Assembly: GCA_964019335.1 (NCBI GenBank)
Contig: OZ025685.1
Location: 496,001-560,000 of the forward strand
Reading direction: 5' to 3'
Length of the DNA stretch: 64,000 nt
DNA from: Diplonema japonicum
Taxonomy: Eukaryota > Protista > Euglenozoa: Diplonemea
The notes under the pieces were generated by a model, which saw nothing but the letters and a program-made list of their open reading frames with translations, was not told the DNA's origin and did no database searches. Each line of letters begins with the position of its first letter. The first letter of the stretch is position 1. Below, piece by piece: positions 1-10,530 of this stretch. A program made the translations under genes and the position numbers.

Positions 1-605
1 CGGACATAGTTGTGGGAGAAGGTAGCGACATGCCGAAGCAAGCCGATGTGATGGTGCATGAGATCTTTGGCACCGACCCGCTGTCAGAAGGGTTTATACC
101 TGCCTACAACGAAGCTGTGCGAAAGGGTCTGATCGGGAAGGGAACAGTATTCTGCCCTTGCAAATTCCGAGTGTGGGCCGCGGTGGCGTCGAGCGAGTCC
201 CTCTGCAGGCAGGGAGGACTGCACAACGAGGCCACCTCATCGTTCATCATCCCCAGGAAGCTCGAGGAGGATGTAGCCAAGATTAAAGACGTGAAGTACC
301 ACACCCAACCCGAAGTCGTGTGGGAGGTGGACCTGACTGGTGAGCTGCTTCCTATCAGCGGGTCTCGCAGCGTGACCCTCCCGTGTACGAACCCCTCCCC
401 CACAGCTCATCTTGTCATCTATTGGTTCGACTTCTTGAACGGGGACAGCGCACTCTACTCGACACAGCCCACCGGAACACCCGCCACCCCCGTTGCACAC
501 TGGGTGCATAATATCGAGCTCCTCCCTGAAGGGGTTGCTCCGTCAGAAGAAGGTTATGGCCTGAAGATGTCATGGGCGGCTGACAGAGTGATGTTCAGCG
601 CGTGA
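1..605 (+). CDS. Protein arginine methyltransferase-like (PRMT7/9-type) C-terminal part, 5'-truncated by the window edge
   Basis: ADVMVHEIFGTDPLSEG resembles the PRMT double-E loop; AHLVIYWFDF and AHW..IELL resemble the PRMT beta-barrel/THW loop; frame is open to the window start. Confidence 0.6.
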   Translation, partial: DIVVGEGSDMPKQADVMVHEIFGTDPLSEGFIPAYNEAVRKGLIGKGTVFCPCKFRVWAAVASSESLCRQGGLHNEATSSFIIPRKLEEDVAKIKDVKYHTQPEVVWEVDLTGELLPISGSRSVTLPCTNPSPTAHLVIYWFDFLNGDSALYSTQPTGTPATPVAHWVHNIELLPEGVAPSEEGYGLKMSWAADRVMFSA

Positions 606-676
606 GAAGGATATCGGTTTATTCAACCTGTACAGACACTCATCAATACACACAGGAAAAAGAAGAAGAAAAAAAA

Positions 677-1834
677 ATGCAGCAAGAACTGGTCGACGCG
701 GCAATGGGCTTGTGCAAAGGTGTGCACTATGGACCGGGGAAGCTTTCGGTGCTTGGGGAAACATTAGAGGGGCTTAACGGTGAAGCTCTTGTATTTGTGG
801 ACCAGAACGGGTTTGGACCGTGCGGTGCGGAGGCATACATGGAAGGGCTCGGGGAGGACCTGAAAAAAAAGTTCACCATTGTTCAGTTTGCAGGGAAGGC
901 GTTGCCATTAGAATGCGTGGAGGAGCTGTACGAGGGCGTGAAGGAAAAGGCGAACGTAAAGCTCGTCGTCGCCATCGGAGGCGGCACCGTCATGGATCTC
1001 GCAAAATGCATCGCAGTCGCCCTGAGCACCAAGGCAGCCAGCGTCGACGACGTCGTGGAGAAGAAGGCAACGGGCAACACCATCGATTTACTCTTTGTAC
1101 CGACCACTGCAGGAACAGGCTCAGAGGCCACCACCTTCGCAGTGGTCTACAAGAACAAGGTAAAGCGTTCGGTTGACGAACCAGCTCTGCTGCCGGGATC
1201 CGTCATTCTCGATGAAAACCTTATCAAATCTCTCCCGAAGCCAGTTCTGTACACCACTGTACTAGATGCCCTGGCTCACTCTACTGAGTCAACATGGGCA
1301 CGTGGCGGGACTGACGAAAGCCGTGAATACGGACAGATGGCCATTAGGTGCATTTTAACCCACACCCTATCAGGCTACCAGCTCGGGTCGCACTTAGCAG
1401 GGAAGGCTATTAACATCTCACGCACGACCCTGTCCCACGCTATGTCGTATTTCATGTCAGCCCACCATGGTGTCCCGCACGGCACTGCTTGCTTCCTGAC
1501 GCTTCCTTATGTTGCGGAGTTCAATTACAAGGCGACGGAGGCCACATTGAGCCCGGGGTACACCATGGAAATGCTGGAGATGGCGTTTAAAAAGCTGTTC
1601 TCGGCATATGGAGTGGACACTGTCAAAGGGATGCAAGGGGTTCTCTTTGGGTTCATGGAGAAGTTCGGTATCTCGCCGGATTTGGCGTCGTATGGTGTTA
1701 CTGATGTTGAGACGCTTGCTGCAAACAGTATCACCCCGGGTAGGAGTGACAACAACCCCAGACAGGCTTCAGTTGAGGACTGTGCTATGATCCTGAGGGA
1801 GGTCCTTGTTAAGTCGGCGCCGAATGGGTTTTGA
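677..1834 (+). CDS. Iron-containing alcohol dehydrogenase, phosphonoacetaldehyde reductase (PhpC-like) subfamily
   Basis: AIGGGTVMDLAK, PTTAGTGSEAT and metal ligands DALAH / SHAMSY / GVPHG; ATTFAVVY and SHLAGKAINISRTT resemble bacterial phosphonoacetaldehyde reductases. ATG 677 lies downstream of a CACACAG acceptor-like site. Confidence 0.8.
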   Translation: MQQELVDAAMGLCKGVHYGPGKLSVLGETLEGLNGEALVFVDQNGFGPCGAEAYMEGLGEDLKKKFTIVQFAGKALPLECVEELYEGVKEKANVKLVVAIGGGTVMDLAKCIAVALSTKAASVDDVVEKKATGNTIDLLFVPTTAGTGSEATTFAVVYKNKVKRSVDEPALLPGSVILDENLIKSLPKPVLYTTVLDALAHSTESTWARGGTDESREYGQMAIRCILTHTLSGYQLGSHLAGKAINISRTTLSHAMSYFMSAHHGVPHGTACFLTLPYVAEFNYKATEATLSPGYTMEMLEMAFKKLFSAYGVDTVKGMQGVLFGFMEKFGISPDLASYGVTDVETLAANSITPGRSDNNPRQASVEDCAMILREVLVKSAPNGF

Positions 1835-2940
1835 AAGAAATTTTAGTGTGATAATAATTTTTATTTTCTTACTTTCTCATCTTCCTCTCTTTCCTTCCGT
1901 CTTTCATCTATTTGGTCAGCGGGCCATAGCCGTTTTTTTTTTTTTTTTTTTTTGAAAATATGTATTCGTTGCGGAAAAGGTTTTCTTTCCGAGCGAAACA
2001 AAATATTTTCAAAAGATATTGTTTCGAGAGGTTTTTTTTGCTTCGTTGCACGCTTAACGCCACCTAGTGTTGCAATCAAAGCCCCATTTTTTCTTTTTTT
2101 GTTTCCTCCGGTTGCTCTCTCTTTTCTGTTGTCGGTGAGCACGCACACCGAAGTTTATCAGTTTTTTTTGTTTTTTGTTTTGCTTGAATAGTGAAAAGAC
2201 AAAACGAAAAAAAAAAAGAGAAAAAAACAAATATATTTGATGAATTGTTATTGCTAAAAAAAAAAAAGGAAAAAAAAAAAAAGAAAAGTTACAGAAGCAT
2301 TTTGGTTTTGTTTTTCTTTTTTTTCTTTTAAAGGGGGAAAGTTGGCAAACGTGTTTTCTTTCGTTTTTTCTTGTTTTTTTTTTCTTTTATGGAACTGGCA
2401 CGTACAAACACGGCCTCTTTTTTTATTTTATTTTTTTATTTTCTCGTGGGTGGATAAGATTTCCCTGCTTCTCTGACTTCTCTCTCTTGCACCGGAAGCA
2501 TCAAAAAAAGGAAAATTATTTTTCAATTTCTTTTTATATTTCATGTATGCGTCAAGCCTCGCAACTTGTTTTTACAAAAGGAGAAAGACAAATACCCCCC
2601 CCCCCCCCTTCTCTTTTCCCCTTTTAACCTGATACAGGATTGGTTTTTCTTTTTTCATGTTTTTTTTGACCATCGCGGATCCACCCTGCGAAAAAAGAAA
2701 AGTTCGCTCAAAAACGAATAAAAATAAATTGTTCTTTGAAGAAAGGGGAAGGAGGTGGTGAGCTCAAGAACAACATGGTTTATTGCAACCTTTTGGTGCA
2801 TCAGGTTAAAAAGGAGGGGAAGGGAAAAAAAAAGGGGGGGTAAAAAAACAATTCGTAACACAAAAAAAGAATATTATATTTTTAAGTCGCATGGGTATCT
2901 TCTTTCTAATCTCTCTCTCTCTTTTTTTTTTCTTTTATGT

Positions 2941-2978
2941 GGGCCGTTGCTAACCACTTCGTTTCCTATCATGGTGAA
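2941..2978. repeat. Dispersed repeat, copy 1 (copy 2 at 25853-25889)
   Basis: gggccgttgctaaccacttcgtttcctatcatggtgaa recurs at 25853 with a single T deletion. Confidence 0.9.
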
Positions 2979-3214
2979 CTTTTTTTTTTTCTTGTTTCCT
3001 TTTTTTTTTTTTTTTTTCCATCCTTTCCGACTTACCTCTTCTGGTCTACTGGAGGACTTCCCCTATGAATTCTGAACTGTCGATTTCTTTGGGCGCCCTT
3101 CTTTGGACGGACTCTCTTGATTTTCTTTTTTTTTTTTTTTTTTTTTTTTTTATACACACCCTCGCCTAGCTCAGCCACCTAAGAAAGAAAAAAAAGGGGG
3201 GGGGGGGGGGACAA

Positions 3215-4624
3215 ATGGAAGTTTTTGTCCGAGTGCTAGACTCCGCTGAGGTTGCTGAGGTAGAAGTTGAGGAACATGAAGATTGTTCAAAATTCCTTGA
3301 AAAGGTGTTGCATACACTGGACCTTGAACCGGAAGGCGTTGAAGTGTGGTTTGAAGGAGAGGAGATAAAGGACGTGGGGGACCCTTTGTCAGGGAAAGGA
3401 ATCCTCCCTGGAGACGAATTGGTTGTGAAGATGTCGTCCAAGGTCCTTGCTGCAAGAAGGCTGACAGAGATGGGGATCAACTACAAGAAGAACCAACGAT
3501 GGGACAATCAAATCACCAACCCTGATGTCCTCCGCCTTTTCATCACTGCAGAGGTTTCGTTCGACGTGAATAATTTTCTACGCACCGCACTAGGCCAGAA
3601 CAACATCCCTGTTCTCGAGGTACTCGCCTGCCTTCCCTGGAAGCAACGGTGGTCCAACTGGTACTGCATCACCGCAAAGGACATCCCTTCTTACTCGCGC
3701 AGTGTTGCAGCCCTCGAGATCGTCGTTGCCAAGCTGCACACTGAGTTCCCCAACATCAACCTCAAGACTGTGAAGCCCAACCTTTGCGCTGCGTTGGTAA
3801 GGCAGTACAGTTTGCACCCGTTCAGCGAGATTTTGGAGATGTGCTCTTTACTACTCGACGATGAGGGTCTCAGCCCAGCAGGGGACTGCATGGCCACCGC
3901 CATTTCCCAACCTTCAATGAGCATACTACAGTTCTTTGTCGGTAAGCTTCGGTGCAAGGAGGAAATCAACACCCCGAACCACGAAGGGGTACCGCCCTTG
4001 CACATTGCAGTGCAGCATAACAAGCCAAACATGGTGCGGTACCTTCTCGAAGAAGGGGCGGACATCAACGTCGTGACAAAGCCCGTGAATCACGTGGGGT
4101 ACGAGACCACGGGGAGCACCGCGTTGTACAAGGCAGCGCAGATGGGCAACACATCGCTTGTGGAACTGTTATGCTTGGAAGGCGCAGACATCTCTATGCA
4201 TGATGAGTACATTGGGAACACAGCCATCCACGAAGCTGCCTCTGCAGACGTGGTAAAGATGCTGCTTGAGCATGGGGCAGACATACAGTCGAAGAACTAC
4301 CGAGGTGAGACACCCCTACACAGGGCCGCGTGCATGAAAAAACATAAAGGTGTTTGCGAAGCTTTGCTGCAAGAAGGTGCAGACCCTAATGCGCAGAATC
4401 TTTATCAACAGACACCACTACATGAGGCGTGCAGGATGGGGATCATCGACAACATCGGCTGTCTCCTTAAGCACGGCGCCAGTGAGAGCATAGAGGACAA
4501 GAATTTCGTAGCGCCCTTTACTCTAGCTTCGCTCAATGGCCACGACCCTATGCTCAGGACGCATATTAGGTACCTTTACGACAAGTTCAGCGTGCAGCTC
4601 AACTTTGATGTCATCACATTGTGA
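3215..4624 (+). CDS. Ankyrin-repeat protein with N-terminal ubiquitin-like domain
   Basis: About 5-6 ANK repeats (GVPPLHIAV, GSTALYKAA, GNTAIHEAA, GETPLHRAA, QTPLHEAC); N-terminus MEVFVRV...VWFEGEEI...GILPGDELVV is ubiquitin-like. Confidence 0.9.
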   Translation: MEVFVRVLDSAEVAEVEVEEHEDCSKFLEKVLHTLDLEPEGVEVWFEGEEIKDVGDPLSGKGILPGDELVVKMSSKVLAARRLTEMGINYKKNQRWDNQITNPDVLRLFITAEVSFDVNNFLRTALGQNNIPVLEVLACLPWKQRWSNWYCITAKDIPSYSRSVAALEIVVAKLHTEFPNINLKTVKPNLCAALVRQYSLHPFSEILEMCSLLLDDEGLSPAGDCMATAISQPSMSILQFFVGKLRCKEEINTPNHEGVPPLHIAVQHNKPNMVRYLLEEGADINVVTKPVNHVGYETTGSTALYKAAQMGNTSLVELLCLEGADISMHDEYIGNTAIHEAASADVVKMLLEHGADIQSKNYRGETPLHRAACMKKHKGVCEALLQEGADPNAQNLYQQTPLHEACRMGIIDNIGCLLKHGASESIEDKNFVAPFTLASLNGHDPMLRTHIRYLYDKFSVQLNFDVITL

Positions 4625-4874
4625 CACTGTATTATATTACATTATTACACCACTCCCCCTCTCTTTTCTTTTTTAAAAAATATTTCTAAACTAATGAAAG
4701 AAGAAAGTTTTTCACACCTCCCCTCCCCCCTTCGCCCTTCTATTTTAACAAATTAGCGAGATTACCGTCTACCTTCCTGCCTCCCCTAGCCATGAGATTG
4801 CTTTTTTTGACTCGAATTAGATCCCCTTGAAGCAATTTGATTTGTATAACAGGACAAAAAGGGAAGGTGGGCAG

Positions 4875-6168
4875 ATGAAGTCCGTGCTGATATGTGGTGA
4901 TGGGAACTTTTCCTTCTCTATGGCGATCGGGAAGCTCCAAGAAACGGGGGATTTGACACTCCTAGAGGGGCTGCTTGGGGTGAAGGGACCATTTAAAATC
5001 AAGTGCACATCGTTTGACACAAGAGTGCAGCTTCTGGGAAAATACCATGAATGTGCCAAGATCCTGCCAGCGCTAGACAACATGGGGAAGATCGGAGTGA
5101 CGGTAGAGCACGGGGTCAATGCGTGGGAGCTGGAGTCACACTACCCCGAAGAGAGGTTTGATGCTGTTGTGTGGAACCACCCGCATCTTGGAACTGAAAA
5201 CTTCAACTTGCACAGATTTCTACTATGCCACTTCATGCACTCTGCCAAGAACGTTCTGACCCCCAACGGTGTGATCTCCCTCTCTGTCCTCGAGGGCCAA
5301 AGCGTCCGTTGGGATGTTGTCAAGCAAGCTGAAAAGGTAGGCCTCGCCCTCGCCCAGCGCAGCCCCTTCTTCCCCTCCAAGTACCCCGGCTACGAGACAC
5401 GCCGCAACCGAACTGGTGGTTCTTTCCAAAACTCGCACACGCAGGACCACATGTCCGACGCTCTCCCCTCCGTCTCTCTCCGCTTTTCGAAGGACTCGGA
5501 TTCGAAACCGATTCTTACGGAGCCCAGCCCAGCGGACGACAGGCTTGTGATCCCCAAGAAAAAGGTGGAACACGCATTCTTCTGCGATGTGTGCGGGAAG
5601 GGGTTCAAGAAGAAGCAGGGTGTGGACACCCACCACAAGCAGGTGCACCAATACAAGAAGTACGGCGACTGGAGCGTTGAGGGGAAGAAGCTGAAGTGCA
5701 GGCACTGCGACAAGGTGCTGCATGATGAGGAGGCGAGGTGGCAGCACGAGATCGCGAACCACACGGGAGACGACGTCAGCATTCCACACCCGAGCACAGA
5801 AGGGGACCAGACGGTGCAGGAATCAGAAGGGTACGGGTACTTCCCTTGTGAAGTGTGCGGCATGTCTGTATCCAGACACCCTGACTGGGTATGTCAAATA
5901 AATAAGTTTAGATCCCACACAGGGCATGGCTGCGCACCTCGAGTCCCTCAAGCCCATTGTCGGCCTGGAACTCCCTTGCGGCATCGGCGACTGCACCAAA
6001 CTTTTCATCGAACAACGTGCTCTGAGACAACACCGTAATTTTTGCCGCCTCAGAGACCAGCGGCCCAAAATCGAAACACAGGACCGCCCCCTTGCGCTCT
6101 ACTATGGTGTCGGCCTCATCCTAGCCTACCTGGGGTACCGCCTTGTCAGGAGCAAGTCCTCACAGTAG
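4875..6168 (+). CDS. BMT5/DUF2431-like rRNA uridine-N3 methyltransferase domain + C2H2 zinc fingers + C-terminal TM; exons 4875-5888 and 5923-6168
   Basis: VLICGDGNFSFS, HGVNA and FDAVVWNHPH motifs; C2H2 fingers CDVC..H..H, CRHC..H..H, CEVC, CGIGDC..H; a 34-nt GT-AG intron joins HPDW|GMAAHLESL in frame. Confidence 0.85.
5889..5922 (+). other. Spliceosomal intron, 34 nt
   Basis: GTATGT...CACACAG, phase 0; joins ORF 4827 to ORF 5926 and completes a zinc finger. Confidence 0.85.
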
Positions 6169-6297
6169 TTTAGTTTTATTTAGCCCCCTCGGACATCATC
6201 AGACTTACCTTTGTGTTTGAATAACTTCTTTTTTTTAATACCTCGTCCTTCATCATCAAAAGTAGTATCTGATCCTTCTTGCGTACTTTAGTCAAGA

Positions 6298-9200
6298 ATG
6301 CAAACTATTCAGCACAGGGGGGCAAGGGCGGGGAAGGGGCGCGAAATGGCGGAGTTTCCACAAAGGGCGCAGAAATTGCTCAAGAAGGTGCCTGAGCAGT
6401 ACAAAGGGGATAAGGTGTCGGTAGTGAATCTGATCAGCAGCGTAACTGGGAGCGGGTCGAAAGCAGGGAAAGAGCTTCAAGAGCTGAAGCAGCTAGTCGA
6501 CGCGTTGCTAGGGCTGCAGGAGGAGTTCGTGCAGACATACGACAAGTCATGCCAAAAGAGCATGGAGCAGTTCATGCAGATGGTACACGACCTGGGTAGG
6601 ACGCAGACCATGATAACTTCCCTGAAGCAGAAGATCCTCCGCCTCCGTGGTGCAACAGGGTCCTACGCAGGCGACCTACGCAACTTCTACAAAAAAAAGC
6701 AGCGCAACATCTACCTCCTCCAGCTCCTCCATGCTGTTAAGAAGATTTCAACCATGGAGTCCACCCGTACTGCTCTCCTTGCTCAAGGCGAGCACTATAA
6801 AAGCACTAACCTCCTGGCAGCCTGCCAGTTGCTGCTCGAACAATGGCCAACCCTCTGTGACGAGAGGGGCACCCGACCTGAGATGGGTACTATCCACTCC
6901 CAGCTTCTCATGCTCCTCTCCAAAGAAAAAATAGCAAGTCATGTCACTTCGCTCGAGAATGTCCTCATTGACAACATCCTGCGCAGGGACCGTCTCACTG
7001 ACGCGAAGACCTTCGCATCCATTATAGAGGGCGACGAACTAGCTGCTGAAAAGCAGCCTGCGCACGCAACACCGCTGCGCATCGTCGGGAAGACCAACTG
7101 CTACACTGACGAGCTGGAGCAGGTCCCCATCCAGGAAGGTATTCAGCTCTGGAGGGACAACGCACCCCTCATCACGTGCCTCCCGCACGAGCTCCTCAAC
7201 GCTGTCATGCTACGCATTCCGTATATCCTCCCACCTAAGGTGTCTGCCTACTACACAGCAACTGTCAAGACTACTGCCTACGTGGGGTTCAAAGGGGCAT
7301 ACAACAACGAGGAGGAGAACCTCAGCCAGTGGACATCTGTGACCCTCCCTTTCACCACTATCGGTGACTCCATGCACGAGGAGTGCGAGGTAGTCGAACC
7401 CAAGTGGGTCTTCTACAAGCAAGCGGTGGAAGCTAAGGCGACCTGCACCTTCCCCACCTCTATCGAGAAGACACCGATGCTCATGTTCGTGGTGCCTGAG
7501 ATTGCAGATCCTGCTGAGAGACAGAGATCCGGGTGCCTGTCAGCCCTGCATCTCCTTGGGAATGTAGGTTACCCTAAACCCACACAAGAGCAGCGCATCC
7601 TTGAGGTAGTAGGACACATTTTGCAACCATCGTTTCTGACGCAGCACCACATCAACTACATTGACACCTTCATGAAGGCCTTTGACAACTGGCGTACGAA
7701 GAAGATAACGGATGCAGAGGACTGCAGCACGAAGGTGTTGGCAGGGCTTCGTGACATCGCGTCTGTCAGGGCTGCGTCTGCGTTGGATGGAACGCTAGGG
7801 ACGCTGGACCCATTTGAGTATGAGAGGAAGATAGCCAGTGCGCAGCAGCCGCTGCTGCAGCAGTTCATCAGCGCGCTGTCCAACGAGCTGCTGGAGGTGC
7901 TGCGGAACTACGTTGACCTCACGAGCAAGACATTTGAACGGTGCTTCCCCCAAACACGCGACGGCACGTGGGACCCATCCAGATGCACGCTTAGCGAGGA
8001 CGACCTGAAGGCCATAGCCCAGGACCTTGTGGCTTGCACTGAGCAAGCCCCCGAGCAAGATTCCGAGTCCTTGCCTGCACTGGAAATCGTCAAGCGCGCG
8101 ACCACCATGCTGTTGGGCGAAGACCTATACAAGTTAAGCTCTTTAGTTGGCCCACGGAGAAAAGAAGGATGGCTTGGCGTCACGGCACCGAGCAACACTT
8201 TCACGATGGTCACAAAACCGAAGGTAGAGGACCCCCTGGGCCTCATGCTTGACAAGCAGCTCAATGTAACCTCTGCTCAAGCAGGGTCCATCTCGCACAA
8301 GATAGGCCTAGCAAGGTTTGTGGGCTTCCGTGTGTCGTCCGTGAAGCTGCCGGGACACACGGAACGCATCATGGTGGATACGCTCGAGGAGTTCAACCAG
8401 GTCATCAAACACCAGGTGTCATTCCAGTTGTTTTTCAGCAGAAAAGTGCGGCCGCCGCAGGTGCACTTGTCTGTCGTGTGCGAGCACATCATGCGGACGT
8501 GCAAAGCAGCGGGGATGCAGCTGGGGCACCAGGACGCACATGTGGAGATAGCTCAGAAGGCGCTCGTGGAAAAGGCCGACGAAGCAGCTCAGGAGGTGGT
8601 CAGCAAGCTCACAATACGCCACTCACTGTCACTGGAGTCGTGTTGGGAGTGCTTGCAAGTCAAAGTGTCACCGCTGCTGGAGTCATTGTGCAAAGAGGAG
8701 CTGGAGTGGAACAGGTGGGACACACAGGGGCTCGGTTCGGTACGGCGCGGCTCGGCACAGGCCAGAGTCATCGAGACTGTGAAACGCAAAGAAGATGCTG
8801 TTCTTGAAAAGCTTCTGGAAGGCAGGTTCGGCCAGGAGAAGCTTCCACGCTTGCTGGACGCGACGCCTCCTGTGAGATTCTCCTTCAGAGACGTAGCCAG
8901 TATTGAGGAGGAGGAGAAGGAAGTAGACATCATCCTGAAGCACTTCATCCCCACACCCTTCAACACTGTCTTCCTCTACCGTGCTGTGGTGCAGTTCACG
9001 TCGGAGGCCTCGCGTCTGGTGTACGGCAGGGTGCAGGGCTCCGCCAACATCCTCATTAAGACGCTTGAGCTGCGCCTCACGAAGGAGCTCTTGCCCAAGA
9101 TCAAAACGCACTACTACAAGCAGATCGACAACGCGATGGACCACGCATCCCCCGTGTACATGTCGCAGGGGGACTCGGACGAGGTGCCTGTGCTTGAGGC

Positions 9201-10392
9201 TTTCGTGATTGCGGGACACGCGCTGCAGACCTTAGCAGAGCTGCAAGAAGCAATCCCCATCAACCAGGCAGCGAAGATGATGATGCGGTCGTATGTGGAG
9301 GGCATCCTGAAGAAGATCCTGACCCGGTCGCTGGAGCACCTAGAGAACAAGACATATGACATCTATTGCGGAACGATAGGCGTGCCTCTCGTGAAGAAAG
9401 TGCTTGACACCTGCGATGAGGACGACATCTACAAAGCGGAGAGTCTAGACAGCGCTGCGAGGGACATGTGGCACACCATGTCGGAGGCGGCCGATGTGAA
9501 CGTAACGTCCAACACGCTTGAGATCCTCGACGAGCTGCACAGCAAGTCGAAGTCTCGGTCGCATAAGTACATCAAATCGTCGCAGGACGTCAGCTTCATA
9601 ACGTGCCTTGCACACTCACTGGAGTGGCTTGCCGACCAGACGGTACTGCACTGGGGGCAGACGGAGGCGAAAAGCGAGTTCACAATGTCCGAGAAGATCT
9701 TCCTTGCAAAGACGGAGTGCTACGACACAGTGATCCCTGGTGTCGATGCCATGCATGACAACACACCAGGTGACGGGCCGTGGCAGCCAGTGCAGCCTCC
9801 AAGGGAGAGGTTGTCACACCCTGCAGTAGATAACCTGTGGAAGAAGCTGATGGTGCTGTCAAGAGGTGCGTTTTTCGTACTAGTGTTCGACTTGTTCACG
9901 AGGACGCAGGCACTGCTGGACAGTAGGGACACCTCCTTCGACCACGAGTACGACGCAGCTGAACCCGACGAGGCCATCGAGGTCTTCAACAGGGACATGC
10001 GGATGATGCACATCACATACACCAACTACCTACCCCCCTTGAAGCAGCAGTACCTCATGCAGGCGCTGCCCATGGTGGTGGCGTACTACCTTATCAAGAA
10101 CATCGCGAACTTGAAACACAAGTACGTCACGAAGTGCGGGGTCGCACGGCTTACGAGGAACGTCTTCGCTCTGCAGCAGAACCTCGCGCTTCTCGTGACG
10201 GAGGTGGCCGAGAGCGATGATCAGTTCATCAGAGTCAAGCGGTACTATGAAATGCTCACTTGTGACCACGCAGAGCTGGTCGTCCAGCGTGAGAACCTCA
10301 AAGAGTACGGCATCACCTACAACGAAGACGAGTTCGGGGCTGCAGTGGCCGTGGTGTCTGCAGCCTGGTCCAGGAAGGGGGGTGTGGCGTGA
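6298..10392 (+). CDS. SEC8: Exocyst complex component Sec8/EXOC4-like, with an inserted PDZ-like segment
   Basis: N-terminal coiled coil; C-terminal GVARLTRNVFALQQNL...RVKRYYEML and EPDEAIEVFNRD resemble the Sec8 C-terminus; 1364 aa. Confidence 0.75.
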   Translation: MQTIQHRGARAGKGREMAEFPQRAQKLLKKVPEQYKGDKVSVVNLISSVTGSGSKAGKELQELKQLVDALLGLQEEFVQTYDKSCQKSMEQFMQMVHDLGRTQTMITSLKQKILRLRGATGSYAGDLRNFYKKKQRNIYLLQLLHAVKKISTMESTRTALLAQGEHYKSTNLLAACQLLLEQWPTLCDERGTRPEMGTIHSQLLMLLSKEKIASHVTSLENVLIDNILRRDRLTDAKTFASIIEGDELAAEKQPAHATPLRIVGKTNCYTDELEQVPIQEGIQLWRDNAPLITCLPHELLNAVMLRIPYILPPKVSAYYTATVKTTAYVGFKGAYNNEEENLSQWTSVTLPFTTIGDSMHEECEVVEPKWVFYKQAVEAKATCTFPTSIEKTPMLMFVVPEIADPAERQRSGCLSALHLLGNVGYPKPTQEQRILEVVGHILQPSFLTQHHINYIDTFMKAFDNWRTKKITDAEDCSTKVLAGLRDIASVRAASALDGTLGTLDPFEYERKIASAQQPLLQQFISALSNELLEVLRNYVDLTSKTFERCFPQTRDGTWDPSRCTLSEDDLKAIAQDLVACTEQAPEQDSESLPALEIVKRATTMLLGEDLYKLSSLVGPRRKEGWLGVTAPSNTFTMVTKPKVEDPLGLMLDKQLNVTSAQAGSISHKIGLARFVGFRVSSVKLPGHTERIMVDTLEEFNQVIKHQVSFQLFFSRKVRPPQVHLSVVCEHIMRTCKAAGMQLGHQDAHVEIAQKALVEKADEAAQEVVSKLTIRHSLSLESCWECLQVKVSPLLESLCKEELEWNRWDTQGLGSVRRGSAQARVIETVKRKEDAVLEKLLEGRFGQEKLPRLLDATPPVRFSFRDVASIEEEEKEVDIILKHFIPTPFNTVFLYRAVVQFTSEASRLVYGRVQGSANILIKTLELRLTKELLPKIKTHYYKQIDNAMDHASPVYMSQGDSDEVPVLEAFVIAGHALQTLAELQEAIPINQAAKMMMRSYVEGILKKILTRSLEHLENKTYDIYCGTIGVPLVKKVLDTCDEDDIYKAESLDSAARDMWHTMSEAADVNVTSNTLEILDELHSKSKSRSHKYIKSSQDVSFITCLAHSLEWLADQTVLHWGQTEAKSEFTMSEKIFLAKTECYDTVIPGVDAMHDNTPGDGPWQPVQPPRERLSHPAVDNLWKKLMVLSRGAFFVLVFDLFTRTQALLDSRDTSFDHEYDAAEPDEAIEVFNRDMRMMHITYTNYLPPLKQQYLMQALPMVVAYYLIKNIANLKHKYVTKCGVARLTRNVFALQQNLALLVTEVAESDDQFIRVKRYYEMLTCDHAELVVQRENLKEYGITYNEDEFGAAVAVVSAAWSRKGGVA

Positions 10393-10530
10393 TGAATAAT
10401 AGATTTTTTTTTTTTTTTTTTTTTTTTTTGGAGAGTGTTTTTGTTTTTCCTTTTCTCGTTTTTTTTTTCTTCTTTGCAAGGTTGCCCATAAAAAAAAATA
10501 GGATACACAACCCCGGGAAAAAAAAAAGAA

